Both the position numbers and the translations under genes were made by a program. 64,000 nucleotides of DNA from Patescibacteria group bacterium. Its GTDB lineage: Bacteria > Patescibacteriota > Microgenomatia > CAYGWK01. This document shows positions 29,547-38,906 of this stretch, one piece after another (the stretch's first letter is position 1; every line of letters begins with the position of its first letter). The notes under the pieces were generated by a model. It did no database searches, was not told the DNA's origin, and worked only from the letters and a program-made list of their open reading frames with translations. The DNA lies in assembly GCA_049322615.1 (NCBI GenBank), contig JBMORX010000001.1, positions 6,715-70,714 on the forward strand, read 5' to 3'.

Positions 29547-29603
29547 TGAATTCGTTCGTAAGGGATTCAGAGCAAAACAAATTTCGATTAAGATGGGTGA
29601 TTT

Positions 29604-29652
29604 TAGGAAAGACCGGCCACGCGGGGCTGTCCCACCCCGAGGTGGAAAAACG
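29604..29652. repeat. diverged copy of the composite intergenic repeat (gattttagg ... gcggggc ... ccgaggtggaaaaa)
   Basis: gggtgattttaggaaagaccggccacgcggggctgtcccaccccgaggtggaaaaacg shares modules with the 57.5-62.3 kb repeats. Confidence 0.5.
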
Positions 29653-29657
29653 TAAAT

Positions 29658-30161
29658 TTAAGTTCTCGATTTATCGGAATCTGGTGTCAATAAATTTGAT
29701 ATCTTTAAAACTTTACCTATTAATTTAGAATCTTTGTTGATAAAATTCTTCATTTGATAGATCCTCTTGTCGGTATAGCTAACTTGAAGCCAAAGAATCA
29801 TCTCCAGAGAAAGTAAATCTTTATTGGAATCTTTTAGAAAAGTCCTTTGTCTAAAATCTCTTATTACTTTCCCATTATAAGCTACAGCACCGATGACGTT
29901 ATGGACAAAATTGGTCCAATTTAATTGAGGATGATTAGAGGTAAAAGCAACCACCCATGAATGCTCGTGACCGGAATCGTAGTCTTCAAATTGTTTTTTA
30001 GCAGTATGCAAAAACCTTCTAAGTTTGTAAAAGGTGGTATCCCAGTGATACATTCTTGTAACCGGATTAAGTTTATGCTCGGGAGTTTTGACTTCGCAAT
30101 AAAAAATTAAGTTGTTTTTATTTGATACCATAAAGTCTGGAGATTTTTTACCTGGCGGCAA
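29658..30161 (-). CDS. PD-(D/E)xK nuclease-like protein, probably frameshifted at its 5' end
   Basis: SPDF...NLIFYCEVKT gives a PD-x14-E-x-K motif. The same frame upstream reads LVKNYLEKHGFDCKEIKTKK but is closed by a TGA; the adjacent frame encodes MDWASIKPLTEFEAAR. Confidence 0.5.
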   Translation of the reverse strand: MPPGKKSPDFMVSNKNNLIFYCEVKTPEHKLNPVTRMYHWDTTFYKLRRFLHTAKKQFEDYDSGHEHSWVVAFTSNHPQLNWTNFVHNVIGAVAYNGKVIRDFRQRTFLKDSNKDLLSLEMILWLQVSYTDKRIYQMKNFINKDSKLIGKVLKISNLLTPDSDKSRT

Positions 30162-30323
30162 TTTTTTAGTTTTAATTTCCTTACAATCAAATCCGTGTTT
30201 TTCAAGGTAGTTTTTTACTAACGTGCGGCCTCAAATTCAGTTAAAGGTTTGATACTCGCCCAATCCATGTATTTTTAAACTGATTCTCCTTTCTCTGTTT
30301 TATTTTGCTGATATCTTCTAACA

Positions 30324-31655
30324 TCACCTTAAAATTTTATCCATCATGGTGAGTGTCTTTCTACGTAAAAAGGGGCACTTTATGAGAAATACCAGAGAAA
30401 TCGCTGACACTACCGCTCCTCCGAAACCTATGATAGCTTTATACCAAGGAACTAACGATACTAAGCCGAAGCCAACACTAGCAGAAAGCCCCAAAATAAC
30501 ACCAAATAAAGTTAAACTATTCGTGTCCCAATTTCCCTTTAAAATTTCTTTTACGTATCCTAGTTCGGCTTTTGCCCTGTCTTTTATTTCTCTTAATCTC
30601 TTTTCCTGTTCCCATCTTTTCTTGGAACCATGTTCAAATGAATATTGGTAATAATCCAGTGCTTGATTAATCAGCTGGTAGTCAGCTTCCCAGGAGAACA
30701 ATAAATTCTCTATCTCGTTACTAATCTCTTTGGCCCTACATCTTTTCTTGCTCTCTTTTTCTTCGAATGCGAGCGTACCCCCATATACTCTTCTATTATT
30801 TAGTTCGTTAAGTCTTTTTCCTTGAGGAGATTCCCAAAACTCAATTTCCTTTATCCGCCTTTCGGCTTCTGATAGTTTCCTAGTAGTTTCTATTTGCTGT
30901 TTTTCTTCTTCATAAATTTTCCACAAGGCCTTAAGCTCTCTTTCCTCACCATCAGACAAAAGAGAAGCAGGATCTTCAAACTCGGGATCTAAAATATCTT
31001 CGTAAGGACCTAAGAAGCTCATTTTTGAATTAGCCAAAACATCTATTACATCTTTCGCCTTACAATCAATTGGTTTACGGGAAGTAACTATCAAAGAAAT
31101 TTCAATCTTGTCTTGAACCGGGGTTAAAACAAGTTGTGTAAAATTTTTTTCAAAATCGCTTAACCTTTTCTTTCTAAAATCAGAAAACAAAGATTCATCT
31201 TTCAATAATTCATGCTTTATATCAAAAACATAGGTGAGGAATCTTGCTAAGCACCAAAGTGTGTAATCGCCCGAGGGAATCCAAATAGTTTTTGCTTTTT
31301 CTTTTTTTTGTTGGGCAATGGCTGCTTTCTGTTTGGAATGCCAATAATTTGCAATAACCTCTCTAATCTCTTTCCATCTATAATTTTTACTATCATTTAA
31401 CCAAGGCTTTAAATCTAAATCTAGCAAAATTTTCTCAAGCGCTCCTCCCCAAACATCATCCCTTGCGGAATCTAGCTCCGTTATCATAAACTTCCTTGCT
31501 TCCCGCACTTCTATCAACCTTGCAACCGTAGCTTTATATTCAACTCCATTTTTTTTAAGTACACCCTTATACCGTCTTGTTTCAACTTTTACATCTACAG
31601 AAAAGGATTCTAGTTTACCCCGGCGGTTATATAGAAATGGCAAAAAACTTCTCAT
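30324..31655 (-). CDS. hypothetical protein: ~380-aa soluble domain plus a C-terminal two-helix transmembrane hairpin
   Basis: C-terminus LTLFGVILGLSASVGFGLVSLVPWYKAIIGFGGAVVSAISLVFLIK; no recognisable N-terminal family; sits between a putative REase and a PD-ExK nuclease. Confidence 0.6.
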   Translation of the reverse strand: MRSFLPFLYNRRGKLESFSVDVKVETRRYKGVLKKNGVEYKATVARLIEVREARKFMITELDSARDDVWGGALEKILLDLDLKPWLNDSKNYRWKEIREVIANYWHSKQKAAIAQQKKEKAKTIWIPSGDYTLWCLARFLTYVFDIKHELLKDESLFSDFRKKRLSDFEKNFTQLVLTPVQDKIEISLIVTSRKPIDCKAKDVIDVLANSKMSFLGPYEDILDPEFEDPASLLSDGEERELKALWKIYEEEKQQIETTRKLSEAERRIKEIEFWESPQGKRLNELNNRRVYGGTLAFEEKESKKRCRAKEISNEIENLLFSWEADYQLINQALDYYQYSFEHGSKKRWEQEKRLREIKDRAKAELGYVKEILKGNWDTNSLTLFGVILGLSASVGFGLVSLVPWYKAIIGFGGAVVSAISLVFLIKCPFLRRKTLTMMDKILR

Positions 31656-31712
31656 TTTATTTTGTTAAAGCTTCAATTTCTTCCAGCGTGAGGCTAATAT
31701 ATGTCCTTAAAT

Positions 31713-32576
31713 TTAAAAGTATTTCTCGATCCTTTGTGTGAGTAATTTGGCTAGATTTTGATAAGGAATAGCCTTATTAGCAGAAAAGAAGTTCAATGTT
31801 AATCTTAAGACTTTCCCCTTTCTAAACATTACCTTAATAATTCCTTCTTCCCATAATTTTTCATTTTCTAAAATTTTTCTCCAATTCCTTAATTCTAAGT
31901 TTTTAATTTCCTTAAAGCTTTTCTGTGGTGACGCATCAAAGTCTATCTTGGGTAATTCTGGTAGGTCATCTTTCCATCGTTTCAACCAAGAAAGTATGTT
32001 ATCCCAAATTTCGGGATGTTTTAGATATTCAAATAACTCTTTTCCATAAAAGAGATACAACTCTACGCCGTAAAATTCTTTCAGTCTGCGGAGCTCTTGA
32101 AGATAATAATTTTTATTTTTGGTTAAATCGGGATCTATAAAATACATAATCCCAAACAACGCTGATTTATGCTTTTTTTGTAAGATTTCAAGTTTTGTTT
32201 CAAAGTTAGTTATTTGTCCTCGTTTTTTGGAAGAATCATGATCGTCTCTTACTTTCTGTTCAACAAACCAATATATCTTTCCGTCAGTAAAATATTGGTC
32301 TAATGAGAACGCGTTTCCATTCTCATCAGTCATACCTTTAGGCATAACTTTAAAACCTAGGGAATTAAGAATTTCTTCTATTATTTCTTCAAGCGCGTCA
32401 CCCATCCGGATTTCGTGAGATTGTAAAAGATGTTGCAAAATCTTGGCTCCTGGTTTTGTTGGCCTGAAAAGACCCATAAAACGCTCTGGGTTTTTAGCTA
32501 TATTCCGCAGCAATTCTACTTTCTCACCTTCAAAAATATGTTTATTTAAAATGGCACAAAATCTTTGATAATTCAT
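31713..32576 (-). CDS. putative type II restriction endonuclease (PD-(D/E)xK-like core LDQYF...YWFVEQK)
   Basis: Start overlaps the methyltransferase stop by 4 bp (ATGA) on the same strand, the classic R-M arrangement; a D...ExK motif is present; no closer homology is recognisable by eye. Confidence 0.5.
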   Translation of the reverse strand: MNYQRFCAILNKHIFEGEKVELLRNIAKNPERFMGLFRPTKPGAKILQHLLQSHEIRMGDALEEIIEEILNSLGFKVMPKGMTDENGNAFSLDQYFTDGKIYWFVEQKVRDDHDSSKKRGQITNFETKLEILQKKHKSALFGIMYFIDPDLTKNKNYYLQELRRLKEFYGVELYLFYGKELFEYLKHPEIWDNILSWLKRWKDDLPELPKIDFDASPQKSFKEIKNLELRNWRKILENEKLWEEGIIKVMFRKGKVLRLTLNFFSANKAIPYQNLAKLLTQRIEKYF

Positions 32577-33460
32577 TTAAATGCCCCTAAATTCATGTAT
32601 TTATTTATATATTCTTCACTCAAGGAGGGTTGCTCTGTTATTTTTAATGGGTGTTTAAATCTCTCCTCTATGCCCTTTACATACTTTGGGTTGATTTCTA
32701 TCATAACAAAATTTCGTTTTAACGCCTGGGCAACATACCCTGTTGTTCCAGTCCCTGCTACAGGGTCTAAAATCAAATCGCCCTCTTTTGTAGATGTTAA
32801 AATTACTCTTTTAAGAAGATCTACTGGTTTTTGGGTAGAGTGCAGTTTTTTGCCTTTTTCATTTTTAAGTCGCTCGTCTCCCCAACAAAGCGGCAAAACC
32901 CAAACATTCGCACCTACTTTGCCAATCCCAAATTTTTTAGCATATTCTTTGTTAAATGTGTATTTTTTAGAGTTTTTGTCTTTTACTGCCCAAATGAGAT
33001 TCTCGGTAGCGTTTGTAAATCTCACGCCTAACCAGTTCGGCATAGGATTAGTCTTTACCCAAATCACATCATTGAGTATCCAATAACCTAAATCTTGCAT
33101 AATTTTCCCTATTCTAAAAGCACTATGATAAGTAGAAATAACCCAGATTGTAGCGGTTGGTTTCATTACTCTTTTTACTTCGGTAAGCAGTTTTCGGATA
33201 AACTCATCGTACTCTTCAAATGAAGAAAATTTATCCCATTCGTCATTAACTCCCTCAACTACAGTTTTGACACTCCACCTTCTTAATTCTTTATTTGGTA
33301 ATTGTAAGAAATAAGGTGGATCAATAAATACCATATCAAACGTTTCGTCGTCAATTTTTTTAAGCACTTTAAAAGCATCACCCAAAATGACCTTATTTTT
33401 GATTTCGTTTAACTTATATTTCTCACTCGCTGGGGTATCTTTTACTACTAGATTGTCCAT
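32573..33460 (-). CDS. beta-class amino DNA methyltransferase (N6-adenine or N4-cytosine)
   Basis: Motif IV DPPY (MVFIDPPYF) precedes motif I (ILDPVAGTGTTG), and HSTQKP is present, which is the circular-permuted beta-class order seen in M.PvuII/M.RsrI-like enzymes. Confidence 0.85.
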   Translation of the reverse strand: MDNLVVKDTPASEKYKLNEIKNKVILGDAFKVLKKIDDETFDMVFIDPPYFLQLPNKELRRWSVKTVVEGVNDEWDKFSSFEEYDEFIRKLLTEVKRVMKPTATIWVISTYHSAFRIGKIMQDLGYWILNDVIWVKTNPMPNWLGVRFTNATENLIWAVKDKNSKKYTFNKEYAKKFGIGKVGANVWVLPLCWGDERLKNEKGKKLHSTQKPVDLLKRVILTSTKEGDLILDPVAGTGTTGYVAQALKRNFVMIEINPKYVKGIEERFKHPLKITEQPSLSEEYINKYMNLGAFK

Positions 33461-33640
33461 TGTCTATTTATTTTCCCAATTTTATCATTTTCTGAATCTT
33501 TTAACAAACCCGACTTCGGGAAATTAAGATATTAAGAGATTGAGAAATTAAGGGTTTTTAGAGACTAGAGAGTAGAGATTATGATAGACTAGGACTAAAT
33601 AAGAAATTAATCTAATTAATCTAATTTCTAATTGACCTAA

Positions 33641-34315
33641 ATGAGAAAGAAAAGGATAAATTTTAGCCTAATTTTGTTTTTACTTTTAATTCCTTCCCTA
33701 CTTTTAAACATCTTTCTTTTTCAAAAAACAGAAAAGCTAGAAGAAAACAATCTGGTTACAGGAGTAATTGATGGCGATACTTTTGTCTTAAAATCAGGAC
33801 AAAAGGTAAGATTAGGAAATCTTGACGCCCCAGAACTGGAATTTTGCGGAGGCAAAGAAGCCAAAGAAAGATTAGAAAAGTTAATTTTGGGCAAGACCGT
33901 CGAGCTTGATATCTTCTCCTATGGTGAATTCAACCGCCCCCTGGCTTTGGTCTATCAAAAGGGAACCTTAGTTAATGAAATTTTACTTAAAGAAGGTCTG
34001 GTCAGATATGACGGCGATCCCAGTCCTCAAAGAGAAAGACTCAAGAAAGCTCATGATGAAGCAGTTGAGAACAGAAAAGGGATTTTTGGTCCGCCCTGTC
34101 TTTCTTTAGAGCCTGATAAACCAGGTTGTCTTATTAAGGCAAATATTGATCGCCACAGTGGTAAGAAGATTTATCATTTTCCGGGCTGTAATGAGTATCA
34201 AAGCGTCAAGGTAGAAAAGGATTTAGGGGAAAACTGGTTCTGCTCAGAGGAGGAGGCGGAAAAAGCAGGCTTTAGCAAAGCTCTAAATTGTCATGGGAAG
34301 AGTTATAATGATTGA
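33641..34315 (+). CDS. membrane-anchored staphylococcal-nuclease (SNase)-like thermonuclease with a Cys-containing C-terminal domain
   Basis: N-terminal TM, VIDGDTFVLKSGQKVRLGNLDAPE SNase core, and a C-terminal CLIKANIDRHSGKKIYHFPGC...[13 protein letters not shown]...NC shared with the paralogue at 55369..56127. Confidence 0.8.
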   Translation: MRKKRINFSLILFLLLIPSLLLNIFLFQKTEKLEENNLVTGVIDGDTFVLKSGQKVRLGNLDAPELEFCGGKEAKERLEKLILGKTVELDIFSYGEFNRPLALVYQKGTLVNEILLKEGLVRYDGDPSPQRERLKKAHDEAVENRKGIFGPPCLSLEPDKPGCLIKANIDRHSGKKIYHFPGCNEYQSVKVEKDLGENWFCSEEEAEKAGFSKALNCHGKSYND

Positions 34316-34316
34316 T

Positions 34317-35324
34317 TTATTGGAGTAAGTATTTGGTGATGTTTTCTTGGTGTTCTTCGGAAGTTTTGGCATAGTGCATTTTGCCTTCTTTATCCGAAAG
34401 ATAATACCAATAGTCAGTACTTTGGGGATCTAAAACTGCCTTAATTGCTGCCAGACCGGGATTACAGATTGGTCCTGGCGGAAGACCGGGGTAAAGATAA
34501 GTATTGTAGGGAGATTTGATTTTTAAATCCTCGCGGGTTAAATTTTTTGGCCACCAATCTTCACACTTTTCACTTCTCCCTTCGCACTTCTTGCTCCCCA
34601 CCGCATACTGGACCGTCGCATCCGCCTGCAATGGCCAGTTCTTTGCCAGGCGTTTAAGTAAAATTCCCGCCACAATCGGTCTATCCTGGCTATATTTTGC
34701 CTCTCTTTCCACAATTGAGGCTAAAATCAGGACTTCTCTTGTCGGTAGAGGAGTTTTTTTGGCAAAATTTTTGGTTAAAATCTCAACAATTTTTTTAGCA
34801 TCCGCCTCTCGAGGAATTAAATAGGTATCAGGAAAAAGTTTTCCCTCTAAATTTTTGGTTTGTTCCAGAAATTCCTCATATTGGAAATTGGAATCTGGAA
34901 ATTGGAAATTTGAGGCCAAGTATTGGCCGATTTGTTCTCTTCTTAATCCCTCAATAATTGTTACCCAACGATCTAGGGTTCCGTGGGTTAATTCCCTGGC
35001 GATTTCTAAAGGCGCCATCTTTGGATTAAGCCGGAAATCGCCTGCCTGAATTTTTCGAGTAATCCCTTGGCTGGTTGCCAAAATTTGAAAAGCAACTGAA
35101 GAACGGATGAGTTTTTCATTCTCCAGGCGCTGGCTAACTGAACCTAAACTTTCTCCTTTTGAAACCACAAAAATTTTAGGCTGACAGTCTTTCTGGCAGG
35201 CTGGCGAAGTCGCCCAAGACCACCATAGCCAAGAGAGAAGAAAGAAGAGAGAAGAAAGAAGAATAAAAAATAATACCTTTTTCATTCGTTTAAATTCGCG
35301 AGCCCGAAAATGCTTTTTGGGCAT
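34317..35324 (-). CDS. mltG: endolytic murein transglycosylase MltG (YceG family)
   Basis: N-terminal TM, and YNTYLYPGLPPGPICNPGLAAI conserved in MltG/YceG. Confidence 0.85.
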   Translation of the reverse strand: MPKKHFRAREFKRMKKVLFFILLSSLFFLLSWLWWSWATSPACQKDCQPKIFVVSKGESLGSVSQRLENEKLIRSSVAFQILATSQGITRKIQAGDFRLNPKMAPLEIARELTHGTLDRWVTIIEGLRREQIGQYLASNFQFPDSNFQYEEFLEQTKNLEGKLFPDTYLIPREADAKKIVEILTKNFAKKTPLPTREVLILASIVEREAKYSQDRPIVAGILLKRLAKNWPLQADATVQYAVGSKKCEGRSEKCEDWWPKNLTREDLKIKSPYNTYLYPGLPPGPICNPGLAAIKAVLDPQSTDYWYYLSDKEGKMHYAKTSEEHQENITKYLLQ

Positions 35325-35396
35325 TAAAAAAGCTTACTGGCATCCAATATAACACAACAAAACCAGTAAGCAAAATTCGTGTTAATTCGTGTTGGT

Positions 35397-35597
35397 CTAG
35401 ACTTCTTCAAAGAGGGCCCGGCGATATTTTTTAGTCTTTTTATCAAAAATGTAAATTCTGCCACATTTGCAAGTCACTTTTTCCCCTAGGTCACTTTTGA
35501 TCTGCCTTTTGCCTTTTTCTAAAGATACACCACAACCAACACACTTGCCTTGGGCAAGTAACCATGCTTGAACTGGAGCAATAATTTTTTTAAACAT
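35397..35597 (-). CDS. small zinc-ribbon protein (CxxC...CxC), hypothetical
   Basis: 66 aa with CVGCG ... CKCG. Confidence 0.45.
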   Translation of the reverse strand: MFKKIIAPVQAWLLAQGKCVGCGVSLEKGKRQIKSDLGEKVTCKCGRIYIFDKKTKKYRRALFEEV

Positions 35598-35608
35598 ATT
35601 ATAACGCT

Positions 35609-35688
35609 AAGACGCTGAACCTCGCTTCGCTCGGCGCAGAGACGCTAAAAATTTTGCGTTTTTGCTAAATTCTACGTTTTTGCGTTTC
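35609..35688. repeat. GC-rich palindromic element, copy 2 (same orientation as copy 1), between ruvX and the Zn-ribbon gene
   Basis: aagacgctgaacctcgcttcgctcggcgcagagacgctaaaaattttgcgtttttgc. Confidence 0.75.
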
Positions 35689-36030
35689 CAGATACTCTTG
35701 CAATATTAGCGCCGCAGAGATAGCATCTTCGTCTTTGACTCTCTTGCCTATCTCTTTCATTTTAGCAACTGCTTCTTGACTCGTCAAGGTTTCATCTTGA
35801 AACTTAACTGGCAACCCGGTAATTTTTCCCAAACCACGCCCAAATTTTCTTGCTCTTTCCGCCATTTTTCCTTCAGATATTCCGACGACTATTTTCTCAA
35901 TTCCCTCTTTCTGGCAAATACTTACAATTTGCCTGTTACTTTTTACTATTTTTAAGGGCTCGGCTAGCACTCCTTCAGAGATTGCCAACCCAATTTTTCT
36001 CTCACCATAATCTATTCCCAATATTTTCAT
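35665..36030 (-). CDS. ruvX: Holliday-junction resolvase-like RuvX/YqgF
   Basis: MKILGIDYGERKIGLAIS, the RNase H-like YqgF N-terminus. Confidence 0.85.
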   Translation of the reverse strand: MKILGIDYGERKIGLAISEGVLAEPLKIVKSNRQIVSICQKEGIEKIVVGISEGKMAERARKFGRGLGKITGLPVKFQDETLTSQEAVAKMKEIGKRVKDEDAISAALILQEYLETQKRRI

Positions 36031-36722
36031 ATCTTGACCAACCTTGTCCTAACCACCAACCTGCGCAGGTATGTCCCCGGCGGAACACAGGTAATCAGGG
36101 TTAAATATGAATCGTCATATTTTTGTTCAAGAACAGAAATATCTTCTTTTTTAACTTCAGTCATTTGTTCAATCATGTACTTATATTTAACCCCGTCAAA
36201 ATCAACCAAAATTTCATCTTTCACTTTTAAGGTCGGTAAGGTTGAAAAAATGGTTAAATAGTTTTTGGGGTTATAGAATTGAGGCAAAACCGAATGACCA
36301 AAGACAACCGTATTGCCAAATTGACCAGGAAAAGCTGTTCCTTCATATTGAATCAGGCTTTTTTTCAAATCTTCGCCACCAATTTGAACTACAGCCTCGG
36401 CAATTTTTAGTTTTGGGATAGTCAAGGTATAATGGGTGATTTTTGAGGGTAAAGGTGGAAGTTTTGGCGCAGTCGGAAACCAGTTGGATACTTTAGTAAA
36501 ATCAACTTCCTCTACATTTTTTTCTCCTAAAACTTGCTCTTGGGGTATCGGTTTTATCATCTCGGAAAATTTTGGGGAAACAAAAAATTGATAGAAGAAA
36601 ATCGGTCCGGCTGCGCTTCCGATTAAAATAAAACCGACCAAACTCAAAAAAATAGATAAAAATTTGCTATTTACGGCATGTTCTCGAGTTTGGCTCTCTT
36701 TTTTAACATAACAATAGTGCAT
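36027..36722 (-). CDS. sortase family transpeptidase
   Basis: N-terminal TM, a catalytic His in VVFGHS and the TLITC active-site Cys motif. Confidence 0.75.
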   Translation of the reverse strand: MHYCYVKKESQTREHAVNSKFLSIFLSLVGFILIGSAAGPIFFYQFFVSPKFSEMIKPIPQEQVLGEKNVEEVDFTKVSNWFPTAPKLPPLPSKITHYTLTIPKLKIAEAVVQIGGEDLKKSLIQYEGTAFPGQFGNTVVFGHSVLPQFYNPKNYLTIFSTLPTLKVKDEILVDFDGVKYKYMIEQMTEVKKEDISVLEQKYDDSYLTLITCVPPGTYLRRLVVRTRLVKI

Positions 36723-38870
36723 CTACTTACTCCTTATCTCAAGGGTAATCTTATTCTCCCTTCTAGGGATGGTTCCCAATATTCCGGGAAGCCGGGGAGA
36801 AAGGATAATTTCTGAATCAGCATACCCGGAAAGACTTGAAAGATACTTTTTGGCAAGATCTGGGTACTTTCCCTTGATATTTTTAATAATTTCTTCTTTG
36901 TCTAGCTTTGGCAAAAGATTGGCTTTAATAATTGTCTTGAAAAGAATGCTCCCGTCCTCATTTTTCTTCTTAATCTCAAAACGGGCAGTGATTTCTTCTT
37001 TCTTAAGTTCGAAATCTTGGGGAATTGAGCCTGAGATAAGTTTCTGAGCCAAAAAAGCAAGATCCTCATCAGTAAAAGTCAGTCCAGTTACTTTAACGGT
37101 TAGGTTTAAAGCCAGCGTTTGGGCTTCATCGCCGACTTTATGATCAAAATTTGTAGAAACAGGCTGAGCCAGAATCTCCTCAATTAATTTTTTACCTGAG
37201 GACACTTTAGATAAAAGACTCATTTTCCCTTTCTCAGTAAGTTCTTGAGAAAGTTTTACGAGAAGGTCTTTTTGGTCTTTTTCGGAAACTGCTTGGATCT
37301 GCCGACTTGTCCCGCCAATGAAAGCAGACTCATTTTTAGCCAAATATGAAGAGGTGGGAAAATCTTTAAAAGAAAACTGGGAGGAGGAAGCTAAATTATA
37401 TTGAGCGCCAATATCAACAGCAGTAACGGCAGTTTTCGTCTCTCCCCACTTATCCACTCCGCTTGCTAAATCTGGGGTTTTAGAGGCAACAGTTGTTTCT
37501 CGATCAAGAGTAAATTTAAGATTTCCCGGTCCAACAATAATTGTTCCCTCAGCAAAGATCTTCTTGCTATCTGTCCGGTTATAGACAGTTACCTCGCCAC
37601 GAGCATGCTCACCCACAGTTTTCTCCCCAGTAGTTGGGGCGGTTTTCTCTCCAGTTTCCTGGGTTTCAATGACTTGAGCCGGCAAAATAAAATTTTTCTC
37701 ATCAACCACTTCTTGATTTGGATCAACGGTCAACTCTAGCCCTTTTTCGAGAGCTTGAGGAGTGACATAAATTGTCACTTGAGCTTTGGGCACATTCCAC
37801 CAAAAGACCACCACTGCTCCTAAGATTAAAAGGATTATTCCAACACCCATGGTAACAAGCGGCATTCCAACCGGCAGGGCTGGTAATGAGGGGAGATGAA
37901 TTGTGGATAACTTTTCTTTTAAAAGCCCGAGTGTTGGTTTGGGTTTTTCCTCTTGGGGCGGGGCAAAAGTTGGTTCCTCAGGCACAGGGACAACCTCTGC
38001 TTTAAACTCTGAAGCCACATCTTTGCCTTTAACAAATCCCAAATCTCTAGAGGGTTCCACTTCTTTTTTTGGTTCAGAGATAACTTTAAATCCTAAACTT
38101 TTAGCCACTTCTTTTCCTCCAGCCAAGGAAACGGCAGTGATATCAAAATCATAAGGAAGAATTTCTATTTTGGGAAAATGTAAAAACGGAAGCCTTTTTC
38201 CCTCAATTTGAAAAGTTTGCCACTGATAACCAATTAAAACCTGCCTTGCTTCCTCCATGTCCTCACCATTGAAAAGAAGCATTCGTGAAGGCAAAATTTC
38301 AATCCCGGTAAATCGCAATAATCCTTCACAAACATCAGCTGCCAAATTCTCGCTTCGCACAATTTGCTCTACTCCCTTTATTTTCCCAACCTCAACAATC
38401 GCCAAAGTTACTTTTGTTCTGCCGGGACTAATTAAAATTGCCGAAGCTGGTGTCCCTTCGACATCTTTTAAATGATGATTCAAGGCATCAAAAGTTGAAA
38501 CAAAACCAACTGGCTCAAGCTCTAATTTCTGACAAAGAGCCGAAAGCTTTTCCTGATACTCGGGCTTAATCTTGTTCTCCAATGTCCAGTCTTCTGGTAA
38601 GCCAAAAATAACTTTTGAGGGCTCGCCTCCTTCGCCAACAAACCGTTCAGAGGCTGTCGAAAGACTTTTATCAACGGCAATCGTTAACTCTTCAACTCCA
38701 TCTTCCCAAGCCTCATGGCTCCCTAAAGCCACAACCTTGGTTTTCTCCTCTTCAACCGTCCAGATAGCGCTTTTGACTCCTTCGTCCCAAATTTGAAGAG
38801 CCCAAAAATATTCTTTTTTAGCTTTTTCTTCTGGATGAGTTATTTTATCGATGATGTTAGGCAGCTCCAT
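36723..38870 (-). CDS. large hypothetical membrane protein (N-terminal ~330-aa cytoplasmic domain, one TM, long extracellular domain)
   Basis: TM GMPLVTMGVGIILLILGAVVVFWW; no recognisable family; likely translationally coupled to the downstream sortase. Confidence 0.6.
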   Translation of the reverse strand: MELPNIIDKITHPEEKAKKEYFWALQIWDEGVKSAIWTVEEEKTKVVALGSHEAWEDGVEELTIAVDKSLSTASERFVGEGGEPSKVIFGLPEDWTLENKIKPEYQEKLSALCQKLELEPVGFVSTFDALNHHLKDVEGTPASAILISPGRTKVTLAIVEVGKIKGVEQIVRSENLAADVCEGLLRFTGIEILPSRMLLFNGEDMEEARQVLIGYQWQTFQIEGKRLPFLHFPKIEILPYDFDITAVSLAGGKEVAKSLGFKVISEPKKEVEPSRDLGFVKGKDVASEFKAEVVPVPEEPTFAPPQEEKPKPTLGLLKEKLSTIHLPSLPALPVGMPLVTMGVGIILLILGAVVVFWWNVPKAQVTIYVTPQALEKGLELTVDPNQEVVDEKNFILPAQVIETQETGEKTAPTTGEKTVGEHARGEVTVYNRTDSKKIFAEGTIIVGPGNLKFTLDRETTVASKTPDLASGVDKWGETKTAVTAVDIGAQYNLASSSQFSFKDFPTSSYLAKNESAFIGGTSRQIQAVSEKDQKDLLVKLSQELTEKGKMSLLSKVSSGKKLIEEILAQPVSTNFDHKVGDEAQTLALNLTVKVTGLTFTDEDLAFLAQKLISGSIPQDFELKKEEITARFEIKKKNEDGSILFKTIIKANLLPKLDKEEIIKNIKGKYPDLAKKYLSSLSGYADSEIILSPRLPGILGTIPRRENKITLEIRSK

Positions 38871-38906
38871 GATTATAGTAAATTTTAAATAGTAAATAGC
38901 AAATAG

